From Candidatus Heimdallarchaeota archaeon (GTDB lineage Archaea; Asgardarchaeota; Heimdallarchaeia; Heimdallarchaeales; Heimdallarchaeaceae), in assembly GCA_018238545.1 (NCBI GenBank), contig JABCTC010000048.1, positions 1-26,064 of the forward strand: a stretch of 26,064 bases of DNA, read 5' to 3'. Under the pieces are notes generated by a model. It did not search any database and was not told the origin of the DNA. It saw only the letters and a program-made list of their open reading frames with translations. This document shows positions 1-9,698 of this stretch, piece by piece. The translations under genes were made by a program, and so were the position numbers. How positions within the stretch are numbered: the first letter of the stretch is position 1; each line of letters starts with the position of its first letter.

Positions 1-54
1 CTTTGAGTGAGGGTTGACAGCTACTTGTACTTTCTTTGTTGCTTGTGAGACCAT
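1..54 (-). CDS. 5' end of a gene running off the left edge (MVSQATKKVQVAVNPHSK...), product unknown
   Basis: ATG at 54-52 (minus), open to position 1; AGGTGA SD at 65-60 and TTTATATA box at 90-83 upstream. Absent from the ORF track because it is truncated. Confidence 0.75.
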   Translation of the reverse strand, partial: MVSQATKKVQVAVNPHSK

Positions 55-82
55 CGTCTTCACCTACTTATCCACAGAATGG

Positions 83-90
83 TATATAAA
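83..90 (-). promoter_or_regulatory. Archaeal TATA box (TTTATATA) for the left-edge gene
   Basis: Consensus TTTAWATA about 30 nt upstream of the ATG at 54. Confidence 0.6.
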
Positions 91-336
91 CGCGAAGAAA
101 ACTCAGCTAGGAGGAGCTTTCCCTATACTCCCTAACATATGCTCTCTTTATTATTATTGCTCAAAATTTTTTCCCCTCATTTTCCCTCATAACAAGATTG
201 GGTAAGTTTTTAATCATCAGTTGACTACGGTTATGTTTGGTTTGCTAATACGTTCGGTGAAATAATTCCATTTTCTTGGCATAGAGTATTAGATCTGGTA
301 ATTAATATTTTTATTATCATACATATTGCAATCGGT

Positions 337-1263
337 TTGAAGTTTTTAACGATAAGAAAGAAACTAAGAAAACAATGGGTTAATTATGCAATTGCTACTT
401 TAACTATCTTGCTTCTAATCGGTGCAATCTATCTTCAAATACCAAAGAACAATACAGGAATTCCTAATAATCCTGGGACTACTTCAGGAGAAGGTATGGT
501 TAAAATAACCATTGAAGGGACTCAATACGAATTTAACCCTCTCAATGTTACTACTACCCGTCCTGATATCTTCAAAGGGATACAGTTCTCTATGTTTGAT
601 GTTATAGTTCATCTAGATGAACTTGGAAAAGTGAACTTGGATTATCACTTCGATACTTCAATGAATACGTTTGTTATTGATTCATTGAAGGGAGAAACGA
701 ATTGGTGGTATAGAACTTGGTATTCTGGAGGATGGCCAGAAGAGAATGCTTTCAGAATGGATCATTATCCTTGGAAATTCGGGACAACACTTAGTTTCTA
801 TCAAGAAAGAGAAGCGTATTTAGAAGATGTTCATATAGCGTTTGCAGAAGAAATAATAAGGGAGGAGAGCAATGATGGAAAAGTCATTATTCCTGAAATA
901 ATAATCAACGGAGATACTGTCTTCAAAACCTTTACAGACATAGAAATTACTCCTCACAATCTTAGGAATGATATCTTTCAAAATGGTGTTATCACAGCAA
1001 TTGATGTCATCATGACTCTAGGTGATCTTGGGCTCATTACATACGAACTGCAATGGTACGATAGCATCGGTACTGCAAATTATGTTCGGAATTATTGGGT
1101 TAATGGAATCGATGAGGATTTAGCTGCTGGTACATGTGGTTTTGTTTATGAGTCTGGTTCTCGAGCCTTTCCTGGATTTCAAGGTAACCATATTCATCTT
1201 CCTCAAGATTCTCGAGTGATTAATAGTCCTGAATACTACAAAACTTTCTGGATTTGCTTGTAA
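337..1263 (+). CDS. Membrane-anchored exported protein with two tandem DUF4430-like (beta-grasp) domains
   Basis: Basic N-terminus plus one TM helix, then a G/N/T/P linker; internal duplication (RPDIFKG..FSMFDVIVHLDELG vs RNDIFQNG.ITAIDVIMTLGDLG); FVIDSL..NWWY and YWVNGID motifs resemble DUF4430. TTG start. Confidence 0.6.
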   Translation: MKFLTIRKKLRKQWVNYAIATLTILLLIGAIYLQIPKNNTGIPNNPGTTSGEGMVKITIEGTQYEFNPLNVTTTRPDIFKGIQFSMFDVIVHLDELGKVNLDYHFDTSMNTFVIDSLKGETNWWYRTWYSGGWPEENAFRMDHYPWKFGTTLSFYQEREAYLEDVHIAFAEEIIREESNDGKVIIPEIIINGDTVFKTFTDIEITPHNLRNDIFQNGVITAIDVIMTLGDLGLITYELQWYDSIGTANYVRNYWVNGIDEDLAAGTCGFVYESGSRAFPGFQGNHIHLPQDSRVINSPEYYKTFWICL

Positions 1264-1331
1264 TTTGTATCTTTTGAGACAACATTTTTAATCACTTAAT
1301 CGTATTGTTTACAATTTTATCAAACTAAAAA

Positions 1332-1901
1332 GTGGTTTCAATGAGTAATAAAGAAGATGGAAAAATAGAAATGTTCTTGTCACCTGAGGAATTGCTTCAG
1401 ATAATTGGTGATTGGTTTAAAGCAAAGAGAATTTATTATTCTGATGAAATGTTTTATGATTATAATAACATGGTAAAAGATAAAATATCTGAAACAAATG
1501 AAATGGTAGCATATCTCAATATTAAGATTCAAGAGAAAGTTTTCCAATGGTTAAGTGTTCATCATTCCAATAGGAAAGATATATATCAAAAAGTTGAGGA
1601 AAAGGATGAAGAACTCGTCCCTGCTTGGTTTTTGCAAGAGCGATTCAAGGAAATAGAAATGATGATCTCTTCTAAATTCTTCAGCTACGGTTTCAAAGAT
1701 ATAGCTATGGAATACGATAGTGTTTTGAAGCATTTTATTGTTTCTCTATTTTCAGATAAAGAAATGGATGAAATGTCTTTAAGTGTCCTTTCAAGTGATA
1801 TTCAAGCATATTTAGAAAATCAATTAACATTGCTAAAATTAGAAGAAACAAAAATTCTTGATGATAAACAAATAGAGCTAGCATTTTCTCTTATTTGGTA
1901 A
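1332..1901 (+). CDS. Hypothetical acidic soluble protein (start may be ATG 1341)
   Basis: 189-aa ORF with normal composition; no motif recognised. Confidence 0.7.
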   Translation: MVSMSNKEDGKIEMFLSPEELLQIIGDWFKAKRIYYSDEMFYDYNNMVKDKISETNEMVAYLNIKIQEKVFQWLSVHHSNRKDIYQKVEEKDEELVPAWFLQERFKEIEMMISSKFFSYGFKDIAMEYDSVLKHFIVSLFSDKEMDEMSLSVLSSDIQAYLENQLTLLKLEETKILDDKQIELAFSLIW

Positions 1902-1911
1902 AGAAAATACA

Positions 1912-2994
1912 TCACTTTGTATCATCTATTGTAATTTGTTGTTCAGCTATCTTAGTTTTTTCATTCTCTTTAGTGTTAATATAGGATAACATCGAAACTG
2001 TTACTAGTAAAATTCCCGCTCCGATTATTTGCATAACGGACAAAGCATAACCGAGGAAGAAATAATTTACAAAAATTGCTAGCAATGGAAAAGCTAACTC
2101 AGCAAGTCCTGCTATTGTAGCTTTTGATCGTTTTAATCCAAAGTAGTAGAGAGCTAGAGGTAAAACTCCTCCTGTTAACACTGCCGCATATGCCAGACAT
2201 CCAAGTACTGGCCATACCCAGTTAGAAACATTAGGAAATACTTCTATTCCAGTTAATAAGAACTCAAAGTATGTATTATTGTAAGTTAATAGTGCACCAT
2301 TGAAGATTAGAAGGAAGAAGAAACCTCCAGTATATCTAAGTAATGTTAAATCCCAATAGTCTAATTTTTCAGTCAATCTTCTTCCAAACACTGTTGATCC
2401 TCCCCACATTGTAGCAGCTGCTAATGAACAGAGGATTGCCATTAGTCCTACCCAATTGAATGGTTGACCAGATACTACTAATTCTTCAAAGATTATGAGG
2501 AACACACCTATTAGAGAGATTGAAAGAGCGATATAATACTGCCAAGTTGGTTTTTCCTTTAAAATAACAGCAGCAAAAGCCAATGTTATAAGAGGTTGAG
2601 TTTTTTGAAGAAGAATTGCTACAGTTGGATTACCCATCCCTAATGCTATTAGGAAGAAAAACAATCCTAGAGCTGATCCACCAATAGCTACATAAGATAA
2701 AGCAAACCAATCCTTTTTATCAAATTCTTTTAAGGTTTGGAAAATCTGCTTGTAACCTCTTCTAATGAGAATTATTGGAGCTAGAATAAGCATGCCGAAA
2801 AAGTGTTCAATTAAGCTTACAAATGCTGAAGCTCTTGGCATTGCTAAATAATTTGTTGTACCCCATGAAAATCCTGGAGCTTGAATAAGTAAAGGGTTTC
2901 TTACAGGTGCATCAAAAGCACGTGCAGAGTTTGCTAAAGAAACTATAGCTGGGCCAAACTTTTTAGCAATTTGCTCTTTTCCATCAGACATCAA
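1912..2994 (-). CDS. DMT/EamA family transporter
   Basis: About 10 TM helices in two EamA repeats; motifs AILLQKTQPL..AAVILKEK and GLKRSKATIAGLAELAFPL. Confidence 0.9.
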   Translation of the reverse strand: MMSDGKEQIAKKFGPAIVSLANSARAFDAPVRNPLLIQAPGFSWGTTNYLAMPRASAFVSLIEHFFGMLILAPIILIRRGYKQIFQTLKEFDKKDWFALSYVAIGGSALGLFFFLIALGMGNPTVAILLQKTQPLITLAFAAVILKEKPTWQYYIALSISLIGVFLIIFEELVVSGQPFNWVGLMAILCSLAAATMWGGSTVFGRRLTEKLDYWDLTLLRYTGGFFFLLIFNGALLTYNNTYFEFLLTGIEVFPNVSNWVWPVLGCLAYAAVLTGGVLPLALYYFGLKRSKATIAGLAELAFPLLAIFVNYFFLGYALSVMQIIGAGILLVTVSMLSYINTKENEKTKIAEQQITIDDTK

Positions 2995-3087
2995 TATTCC
3001 TCTTTTAATCTAAATTAATAATTGATTGTTTTGCTTGTGTAACATTTTTAAGTTTTATCATACAAAAATGAGTAAGAAAAAAATTAT

Positions 3088-4869
3088 TTAAGAAATTGAT
3101 AAGTCAGATAATAACATTTTATCATATACTTCTTGATACATCACACGAATAGATTCTGAAGTAAGATCCTTTTCAAACCTTTTCTTCATCCTTTCTTGTT
3201 CACTTCTTTGGGTTACAATTCTTTTTCCTATATTGTAGATAGATTTCAGAAGTGACCAAATAAGTAGTGGAACAAAGAGCAAAGCTTTCAGCAGAAACTT
3301 ACCGATTTTTTTGAAAATTTTCTTGAAGTCAACATCAAGATCTTCTTTGAAATTGAGCTTTCTTCCCCTTTTGGACACGTTTAAGTAAGTATCTGATAGA
3401 GTTGCAAATATTTCTAAAAATCTATGTTTAAAGAAACTTCCTGGTTTAAATTTACCTAAATCAACGAAAACTTTTCCAATCCTGATTAGTATGTGTTTTA
3501 TATAATTATAAATAGCAATGATCAAAGTGAAGAGGGGCATAGAGGGGGCAATAAAGAAGTAAGCAACCTTTTTACCAAATTTTTTGTACCATGGTTCAGT
3601 GATAAATTTGTCTTTCAAATATTGTTGAGCTCCTAAAGCTAATGCAATAGCTAATTTATTATATTCAACATCTGAGATGATTTGATCATATTTCTCTTCT
3701 TGTTGAGCTATGCCCTTAAGAGCTCCTGTAATCATAACAGAAGAGAATAAATCATGACTCAAATAACCTTCCTCTATTTTTTTCAATATTAGTTTTATGG
3801 ATTCTTTAGCTTCTCTCTCTGACATATTATTATCTTTAGCAAAACTTTCTAAGGCTTCATCTTTCCTCCATGGAAAGATTGATGATTCCTGCGACCAAAT
3901 CAACAAGGCAAAGGTTCGTGCAGTATCACTTTTAATTGTAGAAATGTCTAACTTATTAAGAGGAATTTCAGCTTTATTTAGTAAACTTTCCAATTGTTTT
4001 TTTGATCTTTCAGGTACAAATTTATTATCCAATGCTAATAAATCTTGAACCCTGTCTTTTATTTCGTCTAATTCTATCATTATTTCTAGTTTGAAGTCTT
4101 CATACGTTTCTGTAGAAATTGGTGGTGCATCAAAGAAACTAAATGACGATTTTGCTAAGAAATATGGTAGAGAAAAGAAATTCTCAATATCTCGATAGAG
4201 AGCGGCCCATCTATATGCACCCATTCTCATCATATTAAGACTACATTGATGGAACAGTGCATAAGTAGGTCCAAAAATAGTTGCTATCCAAGAAGCCATT
4301 AGAAGACCTGTACCAAACAATAGTAAAGAAACTACACTTACAGTGTCCGCTTGTACATTCATGAAACCCATTTGATGAGCTGTTTGTTCGACAAAATCTC
4401 CTAGTAATACTAAAAGATCCTCACCCCAAATGGCTGTAGGAATTAAGAAGAAAACAATAGGTGTAACAGCTAAATTGATAACCTCACCTAAACCACGTCT
4501 AATAGGATAGTTTTTGATCATTTTTGATTCTCTTACTCTGATGGCTTCTAGTTCCTTTGAAACTTCAAGAATTTCTTTTGATTTTTTCCCAGCTAAGAAT
4601 CCAGATGCTGTAACAAAATATTTTCTATACATTTGAAGTAGAGGAACTAGTTCTCTTAACCCTCTTGGAACTAAAATGTCAAACAAAGTTAGTAATAATC
4701 TCCCTAAAGCAGAAATAAGAGTGAATAAACTCGCTAATAGACCTAGAGCTACTTTCATTACTCCTGGAACTTGTTTTGCACTTTTCTTTTTGGTACTCTT
4801 TTTTACATCTTTCTTATTCTTCTCTTTCTTTTTAGATGTATTTTTTTTAGAGCCTCTTCTAGGTTCCAT
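3088..4869 (-). CDS. Uncharacterised multi-pass membrane protein, paralogue A of 22927..24615
   Basis: 593-aa ORF with Lys-rich N-tail and several hydrophobic or amphipathic helices; collinear motif identity with 22927..24615. Confidence 0.85.
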   Translation of the reverse strand: MEPRRGSKKNTSKKKEKNKKDVKKSTKKKSAKQVPGVMKVALGLLASLFTLISALGRLLLTLFDILVPRGLRELVPLLQMYRKYFVTASGFLAGKKSKEILEVSKELEAIRVRESKMIKNYPIRRGLGEVINLAVTPIVFFLIPTAIWGEDLLVLLGDFVEQTAHQMGFMNVQADTVSVVSLLLFGTGLLMASWIATIFGPTYALFHQCSLNMMRMGAYRWAALYRDIENFFSLPYFLAKSSFSFFDAPPISTETYEDFKLEIMIELDEIKDRVQDLLALDNKFVPERSKKQLESLLNKAEIPLNKLDISTIKSDTARTFALLIWSQESSIFPWRKDEALESFAKDNNMSEREAKESIKLILKKIEEGYLSHDLFSSVMITGALKGIAQQEEKYDQIISDVEYNKLAIALALGAQQYLKDKFITEPWYKKFGKKVAYFFIAPSMPLFTLIIAIYNYIKHILIRIGKVFVDLGKFKPGSFFKHRFLEIFATLSDTYLNVSKRGRKLNFKEDLDVDFKKIFKKIGKFLLKALLFVPLLIWSLLKSIYNIGKRIVTQRSEQERMKKRFEKDLTSESIRVMYQEVYDKMLLSDLSIS

Positions 4870-4924
4870 CTATTATACTAGGATAATAACCTAATTAATA
4901 AATTGTGATAGTGTCCGTTCATCA

Positions 4925-6898
4925 CTATTTCTTCAGATTTAGTTCTATATAGTCAGAAATATACTCAATTTCTTCTTTGTTACAACCATAGATTTGAAAG
5001 ATTTTGTCATCTATCAAATCATCTAGTTTCTGCTTCTTTTTGTTATCTGCTGAAGATAATATATCATTCACAAATTCACTGATTTGAATAATGTCTTCCG
5101 AAGATGGTACGAGAATTGGTAAATCATGAAGAAACATAGGTAAATAGTGTAGATACCGACCCATTATTTCGGTCCCAGCATACATAGTAGCGTAAAGGAA
5201 ACTGAACAATTTACTATTTAGTGTAGCTAAAATTAACTCTAAATTTACATTTGATTTGCCTGCTTTTTCTTTAAGATGTCCCAGTAGAAAAATATCTTTG
5301 CTAATGTAAGATTCTCGATCTATAGTAGCTCTAATTCTTAATGAGTGTTGACAAAGGAATATTTTTTCATCAGTAAAAAAATTGAGTTTTTGAAAATTAT
5401 TTCGTAATTCCTTAGCTTTTTCCCTATCATAATCTATCCAATAACCTCTCCAATTTATTCCATATCTTTCAACTTCTCTATTTCCTCCAAATTCCTTCCC
5501 TCCAATAAGTTTCATAGGATATTTGCCTTGAGGTTTTTGATATACAAACTTCTTTCTTAATCCTTTCCTGTGAAATGAAACGGACCATCTAAATCTTATC
5601 AAATCGTTCATGTTTAACTTTGAAACATCGAAAACTTTCTGAATGATTTGCAGTGATAAATTATCTAGAAAGAAAATAGTTTTGTTTATTGTTCTTTCAT
5701 AAGTACACGAACCTACAGAAATTTTCTTAGTATCAAGGGTTCCTCGAAGAATTTCATCTAATGAAACATCTGATATCATTTTTATTTGATCTTCATATTT
5801 CCGCTTTTTATCTAGAATTAATATTATTGGGTAAACTGCAGGTCTGAATACATTTTGATGAGCAAGATCAACTATTTGACTAATAATATTGTCTTTTAAA
5901 AATCTCTCCCTTAAGTTTTTGCCATACCTGGAAATTAGAAATTTGTTAGGTATAATGAAGCCCAGTTGTCCTTTATCGCTAAGTAGTTGTGAGCCGTAAT
6001 CTATGAAACAATTGTATAAATCAAAACTTCCCATTACAGCATCAGGAAAATTTGTTCTACAAATTTGCTTAGTATTTGCATCCATCCTTTTTGATTCGAC
6101 GTATGGTGGGTTACCTACCACATAATCAAATTTTGATAATTTTAGGCTTATGACCTCAGATGTGTCATTTCCAGACTTTCTTTCCAGCGAATTTGTTTGA
6201 TGAATTTTTAAATTAAGAACATGATTTTTTGGATATTTTTCTTTTAATTCCGATAGGATTGTTCTTGCAATATTAACCTTAGTTAGGAACACTGCTATAG
6301 GATCGATATCGAATCCATGTATTGTTTTTTCTATGTAGTTGATTATCCCTTGAGGTTCTAGTTGTAGGTGTTTTAATTGTTTTATTATTCTTTTAACGGC
6401 AGTTGTAAGAAAAAGCCCGGAACCACAAGCTAAATCAATCATTTTTCCAAAAGAAGTTAACTCTTCTGAATTTGGATATTCCATTTGAGTCAAAATATAT
6501 TCTATTACATCAACTGGTGTGAAAACAATTCCCTTTCTTTGTTTCATCGATTTTGTTAAAATATTTTGGTACATGCTTCCTAAAGGATCATCTTTCTCTT
6601 TCAATCCCTTTTTCAGTGGATAGTTATCAATAAAGCTATAGTAATTGGAAATTTCCTTTTGACTGCCGGCATCAAAACAGAAAGGGAAAAAACTGTGAAG
6701 TATTGCTAATTTATCTTCAAGTTGAAGATTACGTGATATCAGGTTAAATTCTTCCATTTCTTCCAATAATAAAGCAATGGAGAGAACTTGGAAATTCGTT
6801 TGGTTAATAAGATGTTCCTTTATTTTCAACTGCACACTTACTCTGTTAATCGCATTAAGAAGCATTTGAAAACTTGGTGTTTTTGACATCTTGATCAT
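4925..6898 (-). CDS. Gamma-class N6-adenine DNA methyltransferase (TaqI/Eco57I-like) with C-terminal target-recognition domain
   Basis: Motif X (KGIVFTP), motif I (MIDLACGSGLFL), GFDIDP, motif IV (VVGNPPY), GQLGFIIPNKFL, and a TaqI_C-like LATLNSKL..LPI tail. Confidence 0.9.
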   Translation of the reverse strand: MIKMSKTPSFQMLLNAINRVSVQLKIKEHLINQTNFQVLSIALLLEEMEEFNLISRNLQLEDKLAILHSFFPFCFDAGSQKEISNYYSFIDNYPLKKGLKEKDDPLGSMYQNILTKSMKQRKGIVFTPVDVIEYILTQMEYPNSEELTSFGKMIDLACGSGLFLTTAVKRIIKQLKHLQLEPQGIINYIEKTIHGFDIDPIAVFLTKVNIARTILSELKEKYPKNHVLNLKIHQTNSLERKSGNDTSEVISLKLSKFDYVVGNPPYVESKRMDANTKQICRTNFPDAVMGSFDLYNCFIDYGSQLLSDKGQLGFIIPNKFLISRYGKNLRERFLKDNIISQIVDLAHQNVFRPAVYPIILILDKKRKYEDQIKMISDVSLDEILRGTLDTKKISVGSCTYERTINKTIFFLDNLSLQIIQKVFDVSKLNMNDLIRFRWSVSFHRKGLRKKFVYQKPQGKYPMKLIGGKEFGGNREVERYGINWRGYWIDYDREKAKELRNNFQKLNFFTDEKIFLCQHSLRIRATIDRESYISKDIFLLGHLKEKAGKSNVNLELILATLNSKLFSFLYATMYAGTEIMGRYLHYLPMFLHDLPILVPSSEDIIQISEFVNDILSSADNKKKQKLDDLIDDKIFQIYGCNKEEIEYISDYIELNLKK

Positions 6899-6989
6899 CT
6901 ACTGCTTTACGTGTTTCTTAAACCTAATCAGTAAAAAATCTTTAGTATTTTGGAGAAGTTCTTATCAAATATTTCCAAATATAGTGCTT

Positions 6990-7481
6990 TTATATGTAAC
7001 GTATCTTAAGTCTCTGATATCTTATTTTACATATTTTGCATAATATAGAAGGTTTATGAATCAACCTTTCGAAGTTCTCAGATTCTCTCATTAAACAATC
7101 TTCAGAACATTCTTTTAATCCTAACACTTTTCCCACATGAAAAGCTACTTCTTTAGCTATCAAGGTCTTTGTTGCTAGTTTTGATGTGGTCACAATTGAA
7201 CCTTTCAGGGGTTCTGCATGTCCATACACGTTCTCTTGATTTACAATCAAAGGTTTATCAATTATCCAAGTAAAATATGTTATGCTATCCCTACCCATAT
7301 TACTTACCAAAGCCTTTGCATCAAAGGAATGTTTTGATTCATTCCAACAATTCTGTCTAGGAATTCTTACACCAACGATTCTAAAAGATATGTCAAATAT
7401 GTCGCTTAATAGCATTTCCACATGATCTACAATGTCATCTGGGACATTCTCACTGTGATAAATTTTAAACTCTCTTGGCAA
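6990..7481 (-). CDS. Archaemetzincin-like protein, predicted catalytically inactive
   Basis: KEVAFHVGKVLGLKEC..CLM..S...K...CKIC aligns with the archaemetzincin KEAVHELGHxxGLxHC..CVM..CxxC region. TTG start. Confidence 0.75.
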   Translation of the reverse strand: MPREFKIYHSENVPDDIVDHVEMLLSDIFDISFRIVGVRIPRQNCWNESKHSFDAKALVSNMGRDSITYFTWIIDKPLIVNQENVYGHAEPLKGSIVTTSKLATKTLIAKEVAFHVGKVLGLKECSEDCLMRESENFERLIHKPSILCKICKIRYQRLKIRYI

Positions 7482-7576
7482 TAGAATCTAATGCATATTT
7501 TCTTTTTATTGGCAATAAACTTTATGATAATATCGTCAGCAATTATCAGTGAAAAAATGCTTAAAACACGAAATAA

Positions 7577-8026
7577 TTAGCGTTTTTTAATATATTTCGC
7601 TTCGCTAAAAATTTTCTGTTTTTCACCCATCTTGAGTACAAATGTTAAGCTGTTGTTATCTTTACCTTGAGTTATTTCACGAACTATTTTCATGTTGGGA
7701 GGTAAATTGTACCCTTGATCAAAAACTATACTGAGCATCATTCTAGAATCTTCTGTTAATAACTCAACGTTACTTGATTCTACATATCCGTCGGTATTGA
7801 AAATAATACACTTAATTTGCTCTTTTGTTTTATCAAAGAAAAAGTATAAGCTCTCCAGAAGTTTCTCTGTTTTTCCAAGCGTTTTAGAAATTTCTAGAAT
7901 ATGCATATCAAAACCATAGGTTTTCCATATCATCCTTGATTCATATTCAATTTCATTTTCAGTTATTGTTCCGTGCCAAGTACCAAGGCACCATTTGAGT
8001 AACGTAATCGGATTATCAAATTCCAT
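7577..8026 (-). CDS. Calycin-type beta-barrel protein (nitrobindin/FABP/DUF1579-like)
   Basis: N-terminal LKWCLGTWHG matches the L.WL.G.W.G calycin signature; beta-strand pattern throughout; 149 aa. Confidence 0.55.
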   Translation of the reverse strand: MEFDNPITLLKWCLGTWHGTITENEIEYESRMIWKTYGFDMHILEISKTLGKTEKLLESLYFFFDKTKEQIKCIIFNTDGYVESSNVELLTEDSRMMLSIVFDQGYNLPPNMKIVREITQGKDNNSLTFVLKMGEKQKIFSEAKYIKKR

Positions 8027-8098
8027 CTTAAAAATCTACAGACAAATGTATTTAAAAACCCTACTTTGAACTAATTTTCAAGTTGTAGTGATAATTGT

Positions 8099-8815
8099 AT
8101 GGCAAACTTCGAAAAATCACTTCTAGAAGATTGGAAAGTTGAAAAAGGATTATTGGAAATAGCTTTTACTCATCCCAATCAAACCAATGAACATTCAAAT
8201 ATTGAAAATTTTGAACGACTAGAATATCTGGGAGATGCAGTTTTAAGTCTATTAACTGCAGAATGGTTGTATGAGAATATCAATGAAGAAGTCGGGATTC
8301 TCTCTATGTTAAGATCATTACTTGTACAAACAAACACCCTAGCTGATATCGGGAATGATTTAGGATTAAAGAAATACCTTATCACATCTCCAAAATATAA
8401 GGTAACAAAAACTGATATCGAAGACTGTTTAGAAGCAATCTTTGGAGCAGTTTATCAATCAACCAATATTGAAAAAACAAAAGAATTCTATTACTTTCTG
8501 TTTAAGCAAAGACTAGAACATTTCAAGAAAGAAATATCCACTGAAAAAGGTAAGAAGAAAATTCTAAAACAAACAGTATGTGAACAGAATCCAATTAATC
8601 AGCTACAAGAATATTTCCAAAAAAGGGGATTAGATTTACCTATATATTCACTTGATAAGAAGAAAGGCAAAGAACACGATCCTCTCTATTTTATTCGTTG
8701 CAAAGTAGTAATTAATGGGACTGAGTTTTCTACAATTGGTAAAGGAAGAAACCGTAAAAGTGCTAGAAAGAATGCTGCAGAAAAAGTATTGAAAAAAATA
8801 GGAAAAATAAAATAA
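8099..8815 (+). CDS. rnc: Ribonuclease III (RNase III domain plus dsRBD)
   Basis: Signature ERLEYLGDAVL, second acidic pair DCLEAIFGAVY, and C-terminal dsRBD (NPINQLQEYFQK..PIY..HDPLY..GKGRNRKSARKNAA). Confidence 0.95.
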   Translation: MANFEKSLLEDWKVEKGLLEIAFTHPNQTNEHSNIENFERLEYLGDAVLSLLTAEWLYENINEEVGILSMLRSLLVQTNTLADIGNDLGLKKYLITSPKYKVTKTDIEDCLEAIFGAVYQSTNIEKTKEFYYFLFKQRLEHFKKEISTEKGKKKILKQTVCEQNPINQLQEYFQKRGLDLPIYSLDKKKGKEHDPLYFIRCKVVINGTEFSTIGKGRNRKSARKNAAEKVLKKIGKIK

Positions 8816-8831
8816 TAAAATAAACGCTGTT

Positions 8832-9698
8832 TTATTCTATATGAGGTAAAACTGTTATTTGAATGCTATTTGCACCTAAAGAGTGAATTACAACTGGAGC
8901 AGTTTCCCAATATATAACATCCCTAATTTTCAATAAACTTTTCACTTTTTCTTCAGAATAATCAAAGAATTTTGTACTACCAGCTTTACATAAGATCAAA
9001 TCATATTCGATATCCTTATCCATTTTTTCATCTATTTTTGAAAAAGCTTTGTTGAGAGCACCTTTGAAACCAGAACTAGCACCCATACCTCTAGCTCCAT
9101 CATTCAGAACTATCTCAAACATTGGTTTGAGTCGCAATACTTTGGACATTACATTCAAACTTACTTTTTTCTGAATTTTACCAGTTTTGAATAACTCATC
9201 AAAAGAAGTTGAAGCTCCTACTGTATAGATGTGCTGTCTATATTTGTCCATCTGTTTTATGATATTTGTAACAGATTCACCTCTCTTAAGAAGTTTCGAA
9301 GCTAAGTAAATTAAAGCACCTTGACTTGCTCCAGCTAGGCCAGATTCATAAAGTGTAATTTTAATTTTATCCTTTAATTTCTTTGATGCAATTTTTGCTG
9401 AATTGATTTGACTTGAAAGTTTTGGAGAGACACCAATGTATAGAATCTCATTATGACCTTCTTCAATTACTTTTTCAAATACGTCCATTGCTTCTGAAGG
9501 ACTTCCGTACGCAGTTTTTGGGTAAGGTTTGAATTCGTTTAATTCTTTTATGAAGTCTTCTCGATTTATTTCAGTAAGTTCTTTGTAATCCTTGCCATCA
9601 TCAAAAACAAGTTTTTGTTGTAAATACGCTATTCCATCTTTATCCATATATTCCTTTGGAATACTTGCTGAGGAATCACCAACTAATTTGATTGTCAT
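8832..9698 (-). CDS. DegV family fatty-acid-binding protein
   Basis: IKLVGDSSASIP, PKTA..SP, GVSPKLSS, L.KTGKI, LRLKP, PVVIHSLG; 288 aa. Confidence 0.9.
   Translation of the reverse strand: MTIKLVGDSSASIPKEYMDKDGIAYLQQKLVFDDGKDYKELTEINREDFIKELNEFKPYPKTAYGSPSEAMDVFEKVIEEGHNEILYIGVSPKLSSQINSAKIASKKLKDKIKITLYESGLAGASQGALIYLASKLLKRGESVTNIIKQMDKYRQHIYTVGASTSFDELFKTGKIQKKVSLNVMSKVLRLKPMFEIVLNDGARGMGASSGFKGALNKAFSKIDEKMDKDIEYDLILCKAGSTKFFDYSEEKVKSLLKIRDVIYWETAPVVIHSLGANSIQITVLPHIE

Noticed and set aside
68-76. Perfect DnaA box TTATCCACA
   Set aside because: Single copy between the TATA box and SD of an archaeal-style gene; no box cluster and no dnaA. Expected by chance in AT-rich DNA.
14-205. ORF-track 63-aa ORF
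   Set aside because: Overlaps the better-supported minus-strand gene start and its promoter; composition is not protein-like.
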